Shown here piece by piece: positions 12,858 to 26,100 of a DNA stretch of 64,000 nucleotides. This DNA comes from Octopus vulgaris (taxonomy: Eukaryota). The position numbers and the translations under genes were made by a program. The notes under the pieces were generated by a model. It was not told the DNA's origin, did no database searches, and was given only the letters and a program-made list of their open reading frames with translations. Within the stretch, counting starts at the first letter, position 1; the number at the start of each line of letters is the position of its first letter. The stretch lies in the NCBI GenBank assembly GCA_951406725.2, contig OX597815.1:66650001-66714000 (forward strand), given 5' to 3'.

Positions 12858-14036
12858 ATATAGGGAAATGTGTTGTTGAAAATGCACCTAAATTTCAAAA
12901 ATTCGTAAATGTTTAAAATACATTTATTTATATATATACCAAACTAGTTTCAACAATAGTTTTTGTTTATCAATGGTAAAAGTTTAAAATTATGAATTAG
13001 AAAAACATCTTTAAAATTTTCAATCTTGACAAATTAAAATGTTTCAATGTTGGCAAATTAACATGTTCAAAACAGATAAATTTAGCATTATGAATTAGGA
13101 GGACAGGTGCAAGTTTGAATGTTCATAGCAGTCAATAATATTAAAACTGTATATCAATTTGTTTGAATATGTACAAAGTTCATTAATGTTAGTGGTGATC
13201 GACGAGTCATACTGAGTTAAGAGAGAAAAATTAGGGAGAAATGAAAATAGTTTTTAAAAAAACGGGAATTTGTTTTACAGTTTCTCTGATCCTCTTTCCG
13301 TAGGTATGTTTCGAGATCAGATCTATTTATAATTTTTTCCGCGAGCTGATTTGATTTTTGATTCGTTAAAGTACTGGTGACGTTTTGACAAGCAACTAAG
13401 TTTGTCATTCTACTTGGCTTTCCTGTGGAGACGGTCGTCAGTCGTTCCGGTTGGTTGGTTCTCATAAAGGGTCATTTCGTTGTATTTGCTGAAGTTCGGT
13501 TTTGATTGGTCTGGAGTTGTGTGACGTCAGCAACTGGTGTTTGTAAATTTCATTGGAAATTGTAAAATTTCATTGGACGTCAGCAACTGGTGTTTGTAAA
13601 ATTTCATTGGACGTCAGCAACTGGTGTTTGTAAAATTTCATTGGACTTCGGCAACTGCTGTTTGTGTGGTGACTTGGAGTTGCGGTTTCAGAACCCGGGT
13701 AGAAGATTATTACGACAGTTTTTTAAAAAATTGTTTGTTGTTCTTGATTGTTTTTTTTTTGTGTGGTGAAATTGAGTCTTTTTCTTTTCTTTTTACTGCT
13801 TTTTCTTCTTTCTAAAGGATATTCAGCTATGGTTTATAGTTTTTAATCAGTATGTTTTCCTTATTTAAATGGAATTGGGTTAAATATATTTTTCTAATTC
13901 ATAATTTTAAACTTTTACTATTGATAAACAAAAACTATTGTTGAAACTAATTTGGTATATATATAAATAAATGTATTTTAAACATTTACGAGTTTTTGAA
14001 ATTTAGGTGCATTTTCAACAACACATTTCCCTATAT
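12858..14036. mobile_element. Fold-back element with 148-bp inverted termini and internal 34-bp tandem repeat
   Basis: Arms 12858-13005 and 13889-14036 differ at only about 3 positions. gacgtcagcaactggtgtttgtaaaatttcattg repeats about 4 times at 13523-13663. Confidence 0.8.
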
Positions 14037-14051
14037 ATGTATACATATGTG

Positions 14052-14114
<63 letters not shown>

Positions 14115-14714
14115 CTAACCACCACACATTCTATATTTTCTCTTGTTTCTTTCTGTGTTCCTTTCTGTGAAAGAGCGTAGGCTCGAAACTTTAAAGACTT
14201 TTTCACTTCCCGAGCGTTAAACTAATACATCTGTTTGTTGTCTACACCACCTGTCTTCGTCTTTTTTTTTGGGGGGGGGGTGAATTCTCCCCCTCTCTCT
14301 ATATGTGTGTGTGTGCGCGCGCACGTGTATGTATGTATGTATGTATATTAATAGAGCAAACTTGCTCCAGATTACATAGACTCAAAGAATTAGCGGGGAG
14401 AAGGTATAGCGTTACAAATCTGATAGCAGTTTCTGGGGGCTTGAGCTTACTTTATAATGTTGGAAGATGTAGTTCATCAAAAATTTACAGCAAGTAATGG
14501 AAGTAAATAAGCATTGGTAAAATCTAGAGTCTCCTTCATCGGTTTGGATAGATAAGAGTCTAACGCAGTAGTTCTTAACCTGGGGACGTCAGTATGTGTA
14601 TATATATATATACGCGCTCACACACACACACATACACATACACACACATACACACACATTCACACACACATACAAACACAGATACATACATACACGCGCG
14701 CGCGTGTGTGTAAG

Positions 14715-15590
14715 TGCGGGCGTGTGATTACTGCCCAATAACATACTTTCGGGTTCAGACCCACAACACACCACCTTGGGCAAGTGTCTTCTACTATAGC
14801 CTTGAACTCACCAATGCCATGTGAGTGAATTTTATTAGCGGAAACTGAAAGAAGTCATTCTTATACATGCATGCATGCATGCATGCATACATACATACAT
14901 GTATGCATGCATGTATACATACATACATACATACATACATACACATACATACATACATACATACATACATACATACACACACATACATACATACATACAT
15001 ACATACATACATACATACATACATACATACATACATGCATGCATGCATGCATACATACATACATACATACATACATACATACATACATACATACATACAT
15101 ACATACATACATACATACATACATACATAATTTCCTAAATACCAGTCTTGATAAATTAGGTTTCTCAAACCAGAAAGGAGGAAGCTAATTCGAAGACTAC
15201 AGATCCAATCCATCGCTGGAACTGCAAAAATATGTAAAACTTTCCAGAAGTTTATCTTTTAGATATATATGAGCATGTCTAGATATGCAACTAATAAAGC
15301 AAAACATACAAATCTGCACACATACATACATACATACATACATACATACATACATACATACATACATACATACATAGACGTGTGCCTTTGTGTCCCCACC
15401 ACCGCTTGACAACCCGTGTTGGTCTTTTACGTCCCTGTGATCTAGCGGTTCGGTAAAAGAGACAGATACAATAATTACCAGGTTTAGAAAAAGATATATA
15501 CTGGAGTCGGTTTGTTCGAATAAATCTTTCAAGGCGTTGCTCCAGCACAGCCGCAGTTTAATGAGTGAAATACGTAAAAGATAAAAGATG
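14715..15590 (+). mobile_element. SINE family A split by (TACA)n expansion and insertion
   Basis: Head at 14715-14860 and tail at 15380-15590. Confidence 0.75.
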
Positions 15591-15591
15591 A

Positions 15592-16125
<534 letters not shown>

Positions 16126-16169
16126 ATGAAAACATCACTGTTTGGAAACTCTGATTTCTGCAGTGAGAG

Positions 16170-16640
16170 GGAATTAGATAACCCACCATTTCCACTCTGC
16201 CATGACAAAGAAACAATGGAATATGCACTGAGCTCATGTAAAGTGACGCTAGCCCAAGCAAGGTACACATGGAGGCACATTCAAGTGCTTAAAGAGATCT
16301 TACATGTCCCTTGTGATGTGACAAAGAAGACGACGCCACCAGAAGTCCCACAGTATTCTACACAGCAGGGTTTTAAAAATTGTGGTCTAGAACAGCTGTA
16401 CCGATTCGATCATGGAAGCAAGGTCTACTGGTTGGGGCAGATGACTTGTGATGCACAGCAGACCTTCCAAAATGAAAAATCACTCAGACATCATTAACAT
16501 AAGTGGTATGAGAACAGATATTTATACTCACCACATTTTCATCAAAACAAATGATTCTGGTTGAATTCACTGTGCCATATGAAAGCAGAATGAAGGAAAA
16601 TGACATCTACAAGATATGACAGTTTAGCCTGAAATTGAGA
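16170..16640 (+). mobile_element. HERO-like restriction-endonuclease LINE fragment
   Basis: PLCHDKETMEYALSSCKVTLAQARYTWRHIQVLKEI (decayed CCHC + RH motif), then MILVEFTVPYESRM (RLE motif). Confidence 0.75.
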
Positions 16641-16738
16641 GAATCAGAGAGGGAGCTCCCAGTCGTCAGCTAATATTCATTTTCAGCCAAGGAGACTGGA
16701 GCAACATGAAATGATATGCATTCACAATGTGCCCCTAG

Positions 16739-16788
<50 letters not shown>

Positions 16789-16835
16789 ATTTCTTTCTCT
16801 CTCTCTCTTTCTTTCTTTCTCTCTCTCTTTCTTTC

Positions 16836-16894
<59 letters not shown>

Positions 16895-18090
16895 TCCTCA
16901 CATGATCTAATTCGTCATGCCGTTTCACTAAAGGTATCTTGGATACCTTTAGTGGCTCCACACTGTTACCTGCATTCACGGGTCTTCTAAAAGGTGATGC
17001 GCACAGGTCTTTGCCACTGACTAAAAGAGTAAAAGCAAATACACATTCGCATGTGAGTGCGTACGCACACGTACACACATAAACATACACTCAGAATCAT
17101 ACACGCAAACATACATACGCACACACAACCACATCCACACATCCACACACAAATATACACCGACACTCACTCAAATACATGAAAGCACACAAACACACAT
17201 ATATACACACACACAAACATGAGTACTAAAAACACAAATATGCAAACATACAAATACACGCGCACGTATACACAAACACACGTACGCGCACAGTCACAAA
17301 CATGCTCACACAGTCTCTTTCCCTCCCTCCCTCTCTCTCTCTCTTCCTCACGCGCGCGCGCCTATATATACACATACAAATACTAAACACTCAAACACAG
17401 ACATAGGCACATATCCACGCTCATTAAACAATTCTAAGAATACCCTACTATTTTCAGTGTTTTTGTGCTCCCTTACACCTCAGCAATGAATAACAACTAA
17501 ATAGGAAGTTATTCCCTGTTGATTTTATAGTCAGCGCCTGTCAAATTATATAGTAAAATACACCACACTATATTAATCTTTTGTCGTGAAGTTCTTATTG
17601 TTAACCTTTTCAACGAATATCAAATTTCCGTTGGTAATTTTAAGAAATGTTATTAAAAGGTGGTAAAATCTTTTTAATGAAACAAATGGCATGTATTCAT
17701 ATAATTTATTAACGTTCACCTCTGGAATTGATATCAAGCGGCTGTGATAGTGTTTAGGACGGATTCGGCTGTCAATTAAGGCTATTTTGGACACCGTCTT
17801 CATGCCTTCCATTAGGGAGGACAGTGGAGTAAATTGTTCACCTTTGTCTGTTGGCTGCAATAAATGACGCAGTAGGGATTGGACGAGGATTGAAAGGGCT
17901 GAAAATGGAGGGGGTTTGTTGTTTTTATTGACTTTTTTACCTGTCTAGCGAAATACTCATCGTCTTCTTTAAATATAACTTCAGTTTCACCTATGGAGTT
18001 TGAGTTCAGGAGAGGCCATATGTGTGTGTGTATACACACACACACAGACACACACATATGGCCTCTCCTGAACTTCTGAACATATATATG

Positions 18091-18140
<50 letters not shown>

Positions 18141-18144
<4 letters not shown>

Positions 18145-18784
18145 TAAATGGGTACAGGATGTCACCAACAGTAAACAACATGAAATAAGAAAACAAATGA
18201 GTTCAATACGCAAACGAGAGAAACAAATGGAATTTCGAGCAATCAACGACAATATGAGAAGAGAAAAGATAGAAGAGAGAGATTGAAGACGTCCAGTCCT
18301 TAGAACGTCTGTACAGGAAAAGAAAGATGGACGATGGTCTTTCCTCATGTAACCATCTTTCTTTTCCTGCACGACGTTCTAAGGATTGGACATTTTCTAT
18401 ATCTCTCTTCTGTCTTTCCTATTTTCGAAGAAAATATTTCAGCGTTCAGTATTTTCCCCTCGTTCTGGTCTAACGACTCTTCGTGTTTGTTTTCGTTTGG
18501 TTTCCTTGTATGTCTCCACTGTCCTGTTTTTCTTCCCAACTTTGACACTCCATAAATCTAAAATTTAATTTCCGTATTTATAGAAGCAACTGTCTTCGAA
18601 GACTCATACTGTCGTTCAAAGCTCGAAATGAGGAGTTGATAGACAACCGTCAACTGATGAAGGGTCGTTCTGTGTATTACTTATCCTGTTTTCCATTTTT
18701 TCTCACGTTGTTTGCTTATTTAACTCATTTGTTTTCATATTTCATGCTGTTTACTGTTGGTGACGTCCTGTACCCATATATGCA
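18141..18784. mobile_element. Fold-back repeat (about 90-bp inverted termini plus internal hairpin 18262-18420), dispersed family
   Basis: tgcataaatgggtacagga... is mirrored by ...tcctgtacccatatatgca. Relatives occur at about 11290-11400, 11685-11880, 32650-32820, 41690-42135 and 62870-63065, next to (TA)n. Confidence 0.75.
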
Positions 18785-18789
18785 TGTGG

Positions 18790-18864
<75 letters not shown>

Positions 18865-19110
18865 TATATTATTATTTAATTGAACGCAGCGCATCCATTC
18901 CCAAGTGTATATATATATATATACCATTTCTCCGTTTTTTTTTCCGTCCTTGTTTTCGTATACATTCGCTGCTTTGTTCCAAGGAATCTAGTGTTCTTAG
19001 CCTAGACTGGCGAAAGAAAACTCCGAATGACCCATCCTTGTTTTTTTCTTGTCCCTTTTTATATCATCTGTCTTGTCGCCTGTTGCGTTCTTGTCTCATT
19101 TTCTTGTATT

Positions 19111-19191
<81 letters not shown>

Positions 19192-20070
19192 CCCAGCGAA
19201 TTGGCAGAGTTATTAGATATGCGGACAAAATAATTCCAGCTATTTGTTCTGACTTTGCACTCTTAGTTCAAATCCGGCCGAGTTCAGCGTTGCCTTTCAT
19301 CCTTTTGGGTTTGCAAGAAAAAAGGTACCAAGCCAGGTCGGTAGAGTGGCATAAGTTGTAAGGAAATCGGACCTGATGCCTTGTAACATTTGTTCCGGCG
19401 CTTTGTGTTCTGAGTTAAAATCCTGCCATACACTATGTGAGTCATATACTTAATTCCTCACCAAGTTTAACACCAGCATCTGGTGACTTGGATGTCTGTA
19501 ATGGAGTCCGTTCTTTTGCATGCATTCAGACCAGGACTCTAGTTTGAGATTACCTTCCCTCCACCAGACGTGGGAGCTTTGTAAAGGGTCATGAGTACCG
19601 CCTCCCCTCTTGACTAAAATCTAGTCAAGGTTTTGAGATGCCTTAAACAAATTCTAAGTAGGCATTTCATTTTGATTTGGGTCAACCCCCTTTTTTCTAC
19701 ATTATCTCAATTCACTTAGCTGTCGGGAAATTGGTACCAAATCACTTGGGGATTCTACCCGCAATAGACAAGCGTCTTATCTCGGGTAAGATTTACCCCT
19801 CCTTCGCTTAACACCATGAAATAAAAGCTAGACATGACCATTAAATGCTCTTAAGCATTTGAAAGTACTCACATGTAGATGGAAATGTACCCTATGATGG
19901 CTCTTGTAATTAAGAACGCGTAATCAGTGAGTAAAATAAGGTGCAGACCTAGCTGTGTGGGCAAGAAGCTCGCTCTGCAACCATGCGGTTTCGAGTTCAG
20001 TCCCACTGCGTAGCACCTTAGCCTTGTGAGTGAAATTGGTAGATGTATGTATGTATGTATGTATGTATGT

Positions 20071-20425
20071 ATGTCAAGACCCTGCCTCAGTAAAGCTGGA
20101 CTCATGAGTCATCTTCGTAGTCATAAAACGAGACAGATGAGTGACAACCTGGCCACTGGTGGTGGTGTAACACACCATGCTAATCATATCTGTCGGGCAT
20201 GTGGAAGAGAATGTAATTCGGCTGGAGGACTTAAACGACATGCAAAGGTACATGAAGCCCAGTTACAACTACAGCCGGCTATTACCAGTAAAGGTCTTAG
20301 TTGCCAATTTTGTACAAGACATTGTAGATCTTTAGCTGGGCTAAAAAGTCACGTTCGATCACAGCACTAGTAACAGTTAAGCTTCGTGCAATGGCCATAC
20401 TCGATAACGAGGGGGCAGCCATATT
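20071..20425 (+). mobile_element. RTE-like LINE 3' end encoding 2.5 C2H2 zinc fingers
   Basis: PCLSKAGLMSHLRSH, CRACGRECNSAGGLKRHAKVH and CQFCTRHCRSLAGLKSHVRSQH*, followed by a short UTR with hairpin and a (TGTA)n tail. No TGEKP linkers. Confidence 0.7.
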
Positions 20426-20563
20426 GTATGTATGTATGTAAGTATGTGTACGTACGTGTGTGTGTGTGTGTGTGTGCGCGTAAACCAGTATCGGTGGTGG
20501 CTGGACATGCATGCGGTATTGGTTCACGTCCTCATAACAGTGATTCGGCAAAAGACACACACA

Positions 20564-20605
<42 letters not shown>

Positions 20606-21606
20606 TATATATCAAATTTATTTGTTTCATACTTATTTAACAGATGAAATATTTCCCATCAAAACATTAATGTGTTTTCGGGCCAGTCAAAACGACACAG
20701 AAAATTTCCCGTCGATCTGCCATTCGCGCATATGAAAACGGTACCATGTTGTTTGTCCACGAGATTACTGAGACGCCTGGCCGTCTGAAATCACTTCGTT
20801 TGTCTTGCAAGAGTGATTCCGAGGCGACATGAGCAGACCTAATAATTCCTTTGTCTCCTTAAGCTGATAAAAATGAACGCCTTCTGAAGTCCGCTCGCTT
20901 ACCAAGCAGCCTTTTGGCTCCCACCTCAGACGGCTTCTTCACCCACCCTAAATTATCTACTAGAGCATTGTCGGAAATAACTGAGATATTTGCACGTACA
21001 CGCGCGCGCCCGCACACGGACACACCCACACACATACACACACTTAGTCACATAAACACACTTAATCAGCGACCGTGAATGCTCACCTAGGTTTTCCCAC
21101 CACGCATAGAACCGTATCTAAAATGGTTCTGTTGGCAGTTGTTTATGGTGTTAGTTAGAACCCAGATGAACTCTGATCGAACAGATGTATACATGAAAGC
21201 TTTCCAACAGTGGCTATCCCGACTTATTAGAAATATGTAAGATATATATTTCTATTTAAAGAAAGAGAGATATATTTTTTATATTCGCAGGTCAGTTAGA
21301 TTAACCTCGTAGAGCAATGATTCTCAGCCATTTTTTTACCTATGGACCCGTGTGATACCTATTTTACTCGACAGGAACCCCATGACCATTTAAAGTATCT
21401 TTTATTTTTTATTTCTTTTAGTCATTACACAGCTGCCATGCTGTGGCACCGCCTTGAAGAACTTTTAGTCGAATGAATCGACTTTGTTTTTTTACTAAGT
21501 TATTCTTTCCGTCGCTTTTGCCAAACCGCTAAGTTACAGGAATGCAAACACACCAACACCAGTTGTCAAGCGGTAGTAGGGGACAAACAGACACAAGGAT
21601 ACAACC

Positions 21607-21679
<73 letters not shown>

Positions 21680-21712
21680 CTCTCTCTCTCTCTCTCACAC
21701 ATACATATATAT

Positions 21713-22011
21713 AAGGTACCACCTGAAGAGCAAGATAGGGCTGGAGAGGAGACACCTGTCGCGAAGAAAAGATGGCAGGATGTCGTGAGGAAGTTGGGAG
21801 TGACTGTCCCGGCTTAGTTTCGCCCATTGTGGGGGCGAGGTTTGGTCGCTGAATTTCCGGCCATTTTTGTGAAAGTGTGTTTGTGTTAATTTTTAATTTA
21901 TATATATGATTCATCCAATTTTTTTATTATAAACTCAGCTCATCTATATGTATGAAACGACCTGTATTGTCCTTCTATGTAAAATATATTTATTATCATA
22001 ATAAAGAAAAT
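21713..22011 (+). mobile_element. 3' end of a Tx1/L1-like LINE
   Basis: Translates as RYHLKSKIGLERRHLS / KRWQDVVRKLGV*, resembling Tx1 ORF2 C-termini. An AT-rich UTR follows and ends in aataaagaaaa. Confidence 0.5.
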
Positions 22012-22219
22012 TGGTGATTATCACACACTGAAGACGGGTAACTACTCAGAAACCTGGGTCTGTGTGTATCACGTAAGGCTAAGGATGGTAGCGATGACCT
22101 CCCCTCGCAAATACTAATTGGACGCAGTCAGTGTGTTGTTAGCCAGCTGGAGAAGATGTCTTCCTGGGGCTAAAAACAACAGTAACATCGTGCTCTATGG
22201 AACCGCTACATTTAGTTGG

Positions 22220-22223
<4 letters not shown>
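22012..22223 (+). mobile_element. Partial diverged copy of the 353-bp HHR repeat family
   Basis: Colinear blocks are shared with the minus strand of the 353-bp unit: tgtgtatca, gatgac.tccc...gcaaatact, gccagctggag, cctggggctaaaaac.acagta.catc, tggcaaa. Confidence 0.8.
22014..22072 (+). ncRNA. Type I hammerhead ribozyme, diverged relative of the 353-bp family
   Basis: GUGAU-UAU-CACACA-CUGAAGA-CGGGUA-AC-UACUCA-GAAA-CCUGGG-UC^UGUGUG-U-AUCAC. The core is intact, with one C-A mismatch at the base of stem II. Confidence 0.85.
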
Positions 22224-22292
<69 letters not shown>

Positions 22293-22672
22293 TAAACGAA
22301 AGACGGTCTTCTTTCAATTTCCGTTTACCAAATCCACTCACAAGGCTTTGGTCGGTTTGAGGTTATAGTAGAAGCCACTTGCCCAAGATTCCACGCAGTG
22401 GGACCGAACACGGAACCATATGGTTGGGAAGCAAGCTTCTTACCACACAACCACGCCTGCACATAAATTTTAACAGCAAAAGCTTATATGGACCCCGGTT
22501 GAGATCACTTGTGTAAAGCATTGTTTCTGAAGATAGGGTTCCCGCCCAACGGATGAAATATGACAGTATTTTGGTCGGGTGCAAATTATTTCAAAATGAG
22601 GAATAAGTAACAAAAGGATAAAACTTGCAATAAAGTTTTAATTAAAACGTCTTTTGAATATTTACACGTATT

Positions 22673-23120
22673 GGCGCTGGCCTGACTATGTGGTAAGAAA
22701 TTTGCTTCCCAACCACATGGTTTCGGGTTCAGTCCCACCGAGTGACACCTTCGGCAATTGTCTTCTAATATAGCTCCAGGCCGATCAAAGGCTTGTGAAG
22801 AGTGTTTTAGTTGTTGGAAACTGCAAGAAGCCCGTCGTATACATACACATACACACATATATGTATTATGTGTATATATACATGCATGTATGTGTGTGTG
22901 TGTGTCTGTCTGTCTGTCTGTGTGTTCGTGCATGTGCTTGTCCCTCACTCCCGCTTGTCAGCTGATGTTTGTTAACGTCTACGTAATCTTGCGGTTCGGC
23001 AATAGAGAGCGATCGAAATAAATACTAGACTTAAAAAATAAGTATTGGGGTTGATTCGTTCGACTCAAACTTCGGTACCCCAGCATCACCGTAGTTCAAT
23101 GCTTAAAGCAAGTGAATAAA
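22673..23120 (+). mobile_element. SINE family A
   Basis: Head, core and tail motifs present. Confidence 0.8.
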
Positions 23121-23599
23121 ATAGATGTATAGCTAGCTAAATAGATAGATATGGATAGTTTATTTTTCAAAAACTGCAGTTGGGAGTTTATCTCGTGACT
23201 CGAGTTTCATGGAACTGCGATCTATGGAAGAAATAAATGAACTACTAAATTAATTAGTATATTAATTAAGATGGTTATTAGAATAATTCTCTTCTAATAA
23301 TTGTAGTTCAAAAATGACAAATGACGGAGTATATTTAGACACCACCGGCACTCCTCACATAAACTGCAGCCGTACACTTTGATAGGGTTCTCCTCGCTCT
23401 GTAACTGATGTCATTGTAGTATTTTAATGTAGTGTAGTCAAGTGGTTTGTGTGAAGGGTGATGGCGGTCCGTGCCAGGCGATACTTTTGGTTTTGATCTA
23501 TAATCCTGTATAAGGGACCGGGGGACGGCAAATTTAAAGGTTGCCTCGGTTTGGTACATACTCTAGCTACGTCACTGCCTGCAAACCCGTTTTCCGTTC

Positions 23600-23865
23600 A
23601 CCCAGTCCCGCAAGGATATGGACGCGGTGATTCAGAACCCTGATAATGTGGCCGAAATATTGTAGTTTTATAGTTTTCGCCGTCAAACCATCGTCACTGG
23701 TCCCGTGTCTTCCAGCAAGACACTGAATTGTTTGTTCTATCGATCGCTGAACCAATCCGCTGCGCCAGCCTGTAACACATCCTCACAAATACCCTCATTC
23801 TTTTGGTGTCAATCACCTTTAAGTTACATGTTTCATACCCAAACGACACCACTGGCCGGACTAAT
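23600..23865 (-). mobile_element. Degenerate RTE LINE fragment
   Basis: LVRPVVSFGYETCNLKVIDTKRMRVFVRMCYR...DRTNNSV...KLQYFGHIIR. Confidence 0.65.
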
Positions 23866-24136
23866 GATTTCTTTTCTTTTTTTTTTTTTTTAAGTTTCAG
23901 TTTGATGTTTTGGTAAAGATAACAATAATAATATTATGATGAATACTAGTTAAGTGTTTCTTGAATAATATAAAGTCGGAAGCAAACAAGCAAACAGCCA
24001 ATCAGAATCGAAATACTCAAGTGGAGAGGAAGAATGCCATAAGCAATTTTGATTTCAAGTATTTCCTTGAAGGAACTTTAACGATGTCAACTACAAACCT
24101 TATTTCATATAAAAATACATACATACATACATACAT

Positions 24137-24224
<88 letters not shown>

Positions 24225-24590
24225 CTTTTACCCTTTACTTGTTTCAGTCATTAAACTGCGGTCATGCTGGGGCACTATCTTGAAGAATTTCATGGAACAA
24301 ATCGGCCTCAGTGCTATTTTTGTTTCTAAGCCTGTTATTTATTTTATTGTCACCCATTGCCAAACCGTTACGTTACAGGGACATAAACAATCCAACACCG
24401 GTTGTCTAGTGGTGATGAGGAGAAAATACAAACACATAGACAAACACACATAGATATATATACACACATGTATAATATACGACGGGAAAGCTTCGGTTGA
24501 CCGAGGTTATTTAGTTACCCAAGGTCCGGCCCATCAAACTGAAACTGGACCTATATGGTTGAAAAGTAAACCTCTTACCACACAGTCACG
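24225..24590 (-). mobile_element. SINE family A (degenerate)
   Basis: tacttgtttcagtcatt tail plus head remnants. Confidence 0.7.
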
Positions 24591-24610
24591 ATACATAAGT
24601 ACATACATGC

Positions 24611-24643
<33 letters not shown>

Positions 24644-25014
24644 TGTATGTATGTATGTATGTATGTATGTATGTATGTATGTACGTATGTAAGTATGTAT
24701 GTGCGTGTCCGTTTGTGTATTGTCACTACGAAAGAGATATGTGTACTTGTGTGAACTACTTCTAGAGCCAGTTATAAGTTCCGACTAATTCGGCTTGTCG
24801 AGCGGGCGTTAAATGCTAGGAGGCTCCACGTTCTGCGTTTGAGATCTTTCAAATAAAAGAAGGAGAATTAAAAAATAAAAACAAAAGAAAATAAAAATAA
24901 ATAAAATAAAGGCTGTATTCTTACATTTACAGGTTTTTACTCCACTCCTTGTAGAAATTAAAAATATATTACATTAAAAGGAATGTCCTGTTGCATTTCA
25001 TGATGGGAATGAAA

Positions 25015-25600
25015 CAATAGTTTTCCTCATTATTTATAACATAGTTCAATCTATTTGGTAAATTACGCCCTTCGGTGTGAATTTCTTCAGGTTTCAAAAC
25101 AAAGAAATACTCAATATCATTTTTAACTTTTCACAATTAAAAAACTGTTTTTCCGCTAAATAATGTTGCAATGATCTGCAAAAATGATAGTCAGATTAGT
25201 GTCAATCTTGAGATTATAGGCAATAAGTGGTCTTGCATTATAAGTAGATGTAACACACGCACTGTGTTGTAGTGTAGCATCTGTATGAGGATCAACAACG
25301 AAAGAGCGATTTTCAAGGCTTCAGTACAATTGACCGATGGTGGACGTTTTTTCTGCAAATTTTCGTGCAATGCTTTCAACGAACGACAATATTTCTCCAC
25401 TTTAACAGTGTCGTTTGTTTAACACTTCATCAGAGACGATATACTTCCACACAAAGAGCATAACTTTTTTCGGATATAGTAATGGTTTGGCGATGGATTC
25501 TCCTTTTTTAATAGGTGCCAAACATTGTCATCAACCACAATTGAGAGTGTACCTTCATACACAGTCTCTCTCCGTTGTTAACTTCAGTAAGAGGTCAATA
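25015..25600 (-). mobile_element. Degenerate mariner transposase, C-terminal half
   Basis: AKPLLYPKKVMLFVW, KYCRSLKALHENLQKKRP, YNARP (DNARPH), SDYHFCRSLQHYL and LPNRLNYVINNE. Confidence 0.8.
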
Positions 25601-25730
25601 GATACAAAGAAAATCAAGATATAAATATTTGTACTGAAGCCTTGAAAATCGCTCTTTCGTTGTTGATCCTCATACAGATGCTACACTGCAACATAGTGCG
25701 TGTGTTGCATCTACTTATATTGGATCTATA

Positions 25731-25790
<60 letters not shown>

Positions 25791-25794
25791 CCCC

Positions 25795-26100
25795 TTGGGT
25801 ATGTGGTTCAGCCCCACTGCGTGGCCCTTAGGCAGGTGTCTTCTAGGGCTGACCAAAGCCTTATGAGTGGATTTAGTTGACGGAAACTGAAAGAAGCCCG
25901 TCCTATATATATATTTATGTGTATGTTTTTATGACCGTGTTTGTTACCCCACCATCGCTTGACAACCGATGCTGGTGTGTTTACGCCCCCGTAACTTAAC
26001 GGTTCGGCAAAAGAATACTAGGCTTACAAAGAATAAGTCCTGGGGTCGATTTCTTCGACTAAAAAACCCTTTAAGCTGGTGCTGAAAGAAGTTAAAGAAT
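25795..26100 (+). mobile_element. SINE family A
   Basis: Core and 3' body motifs present. Confidence 0.8.

Larger units (their letters stand above)
21405..22460 (-). mobile_element. SINE family A hosting the Tx1-end/HHR insertion in its central microsatellite
   Basis: Tail at 21405-21600 and head at 22295-22460. Confidence 0.8.

Noticed and set aside
14161-14196. HHR-like motif CTTT-CTGTGAA-AGAGC-GTAG-GCTC-GAAA-CTTT-AAAG
   Set aside because: The first core box has multiple substitutions, so it is at best a decayed relative of the 49841 family.
18636-19361. 241-aa ORF and the many IYIY/CVCV/MYVC ORFs
   Set aside because: Open only because they span (TA)n, (TG)n or (TACA)n runs.
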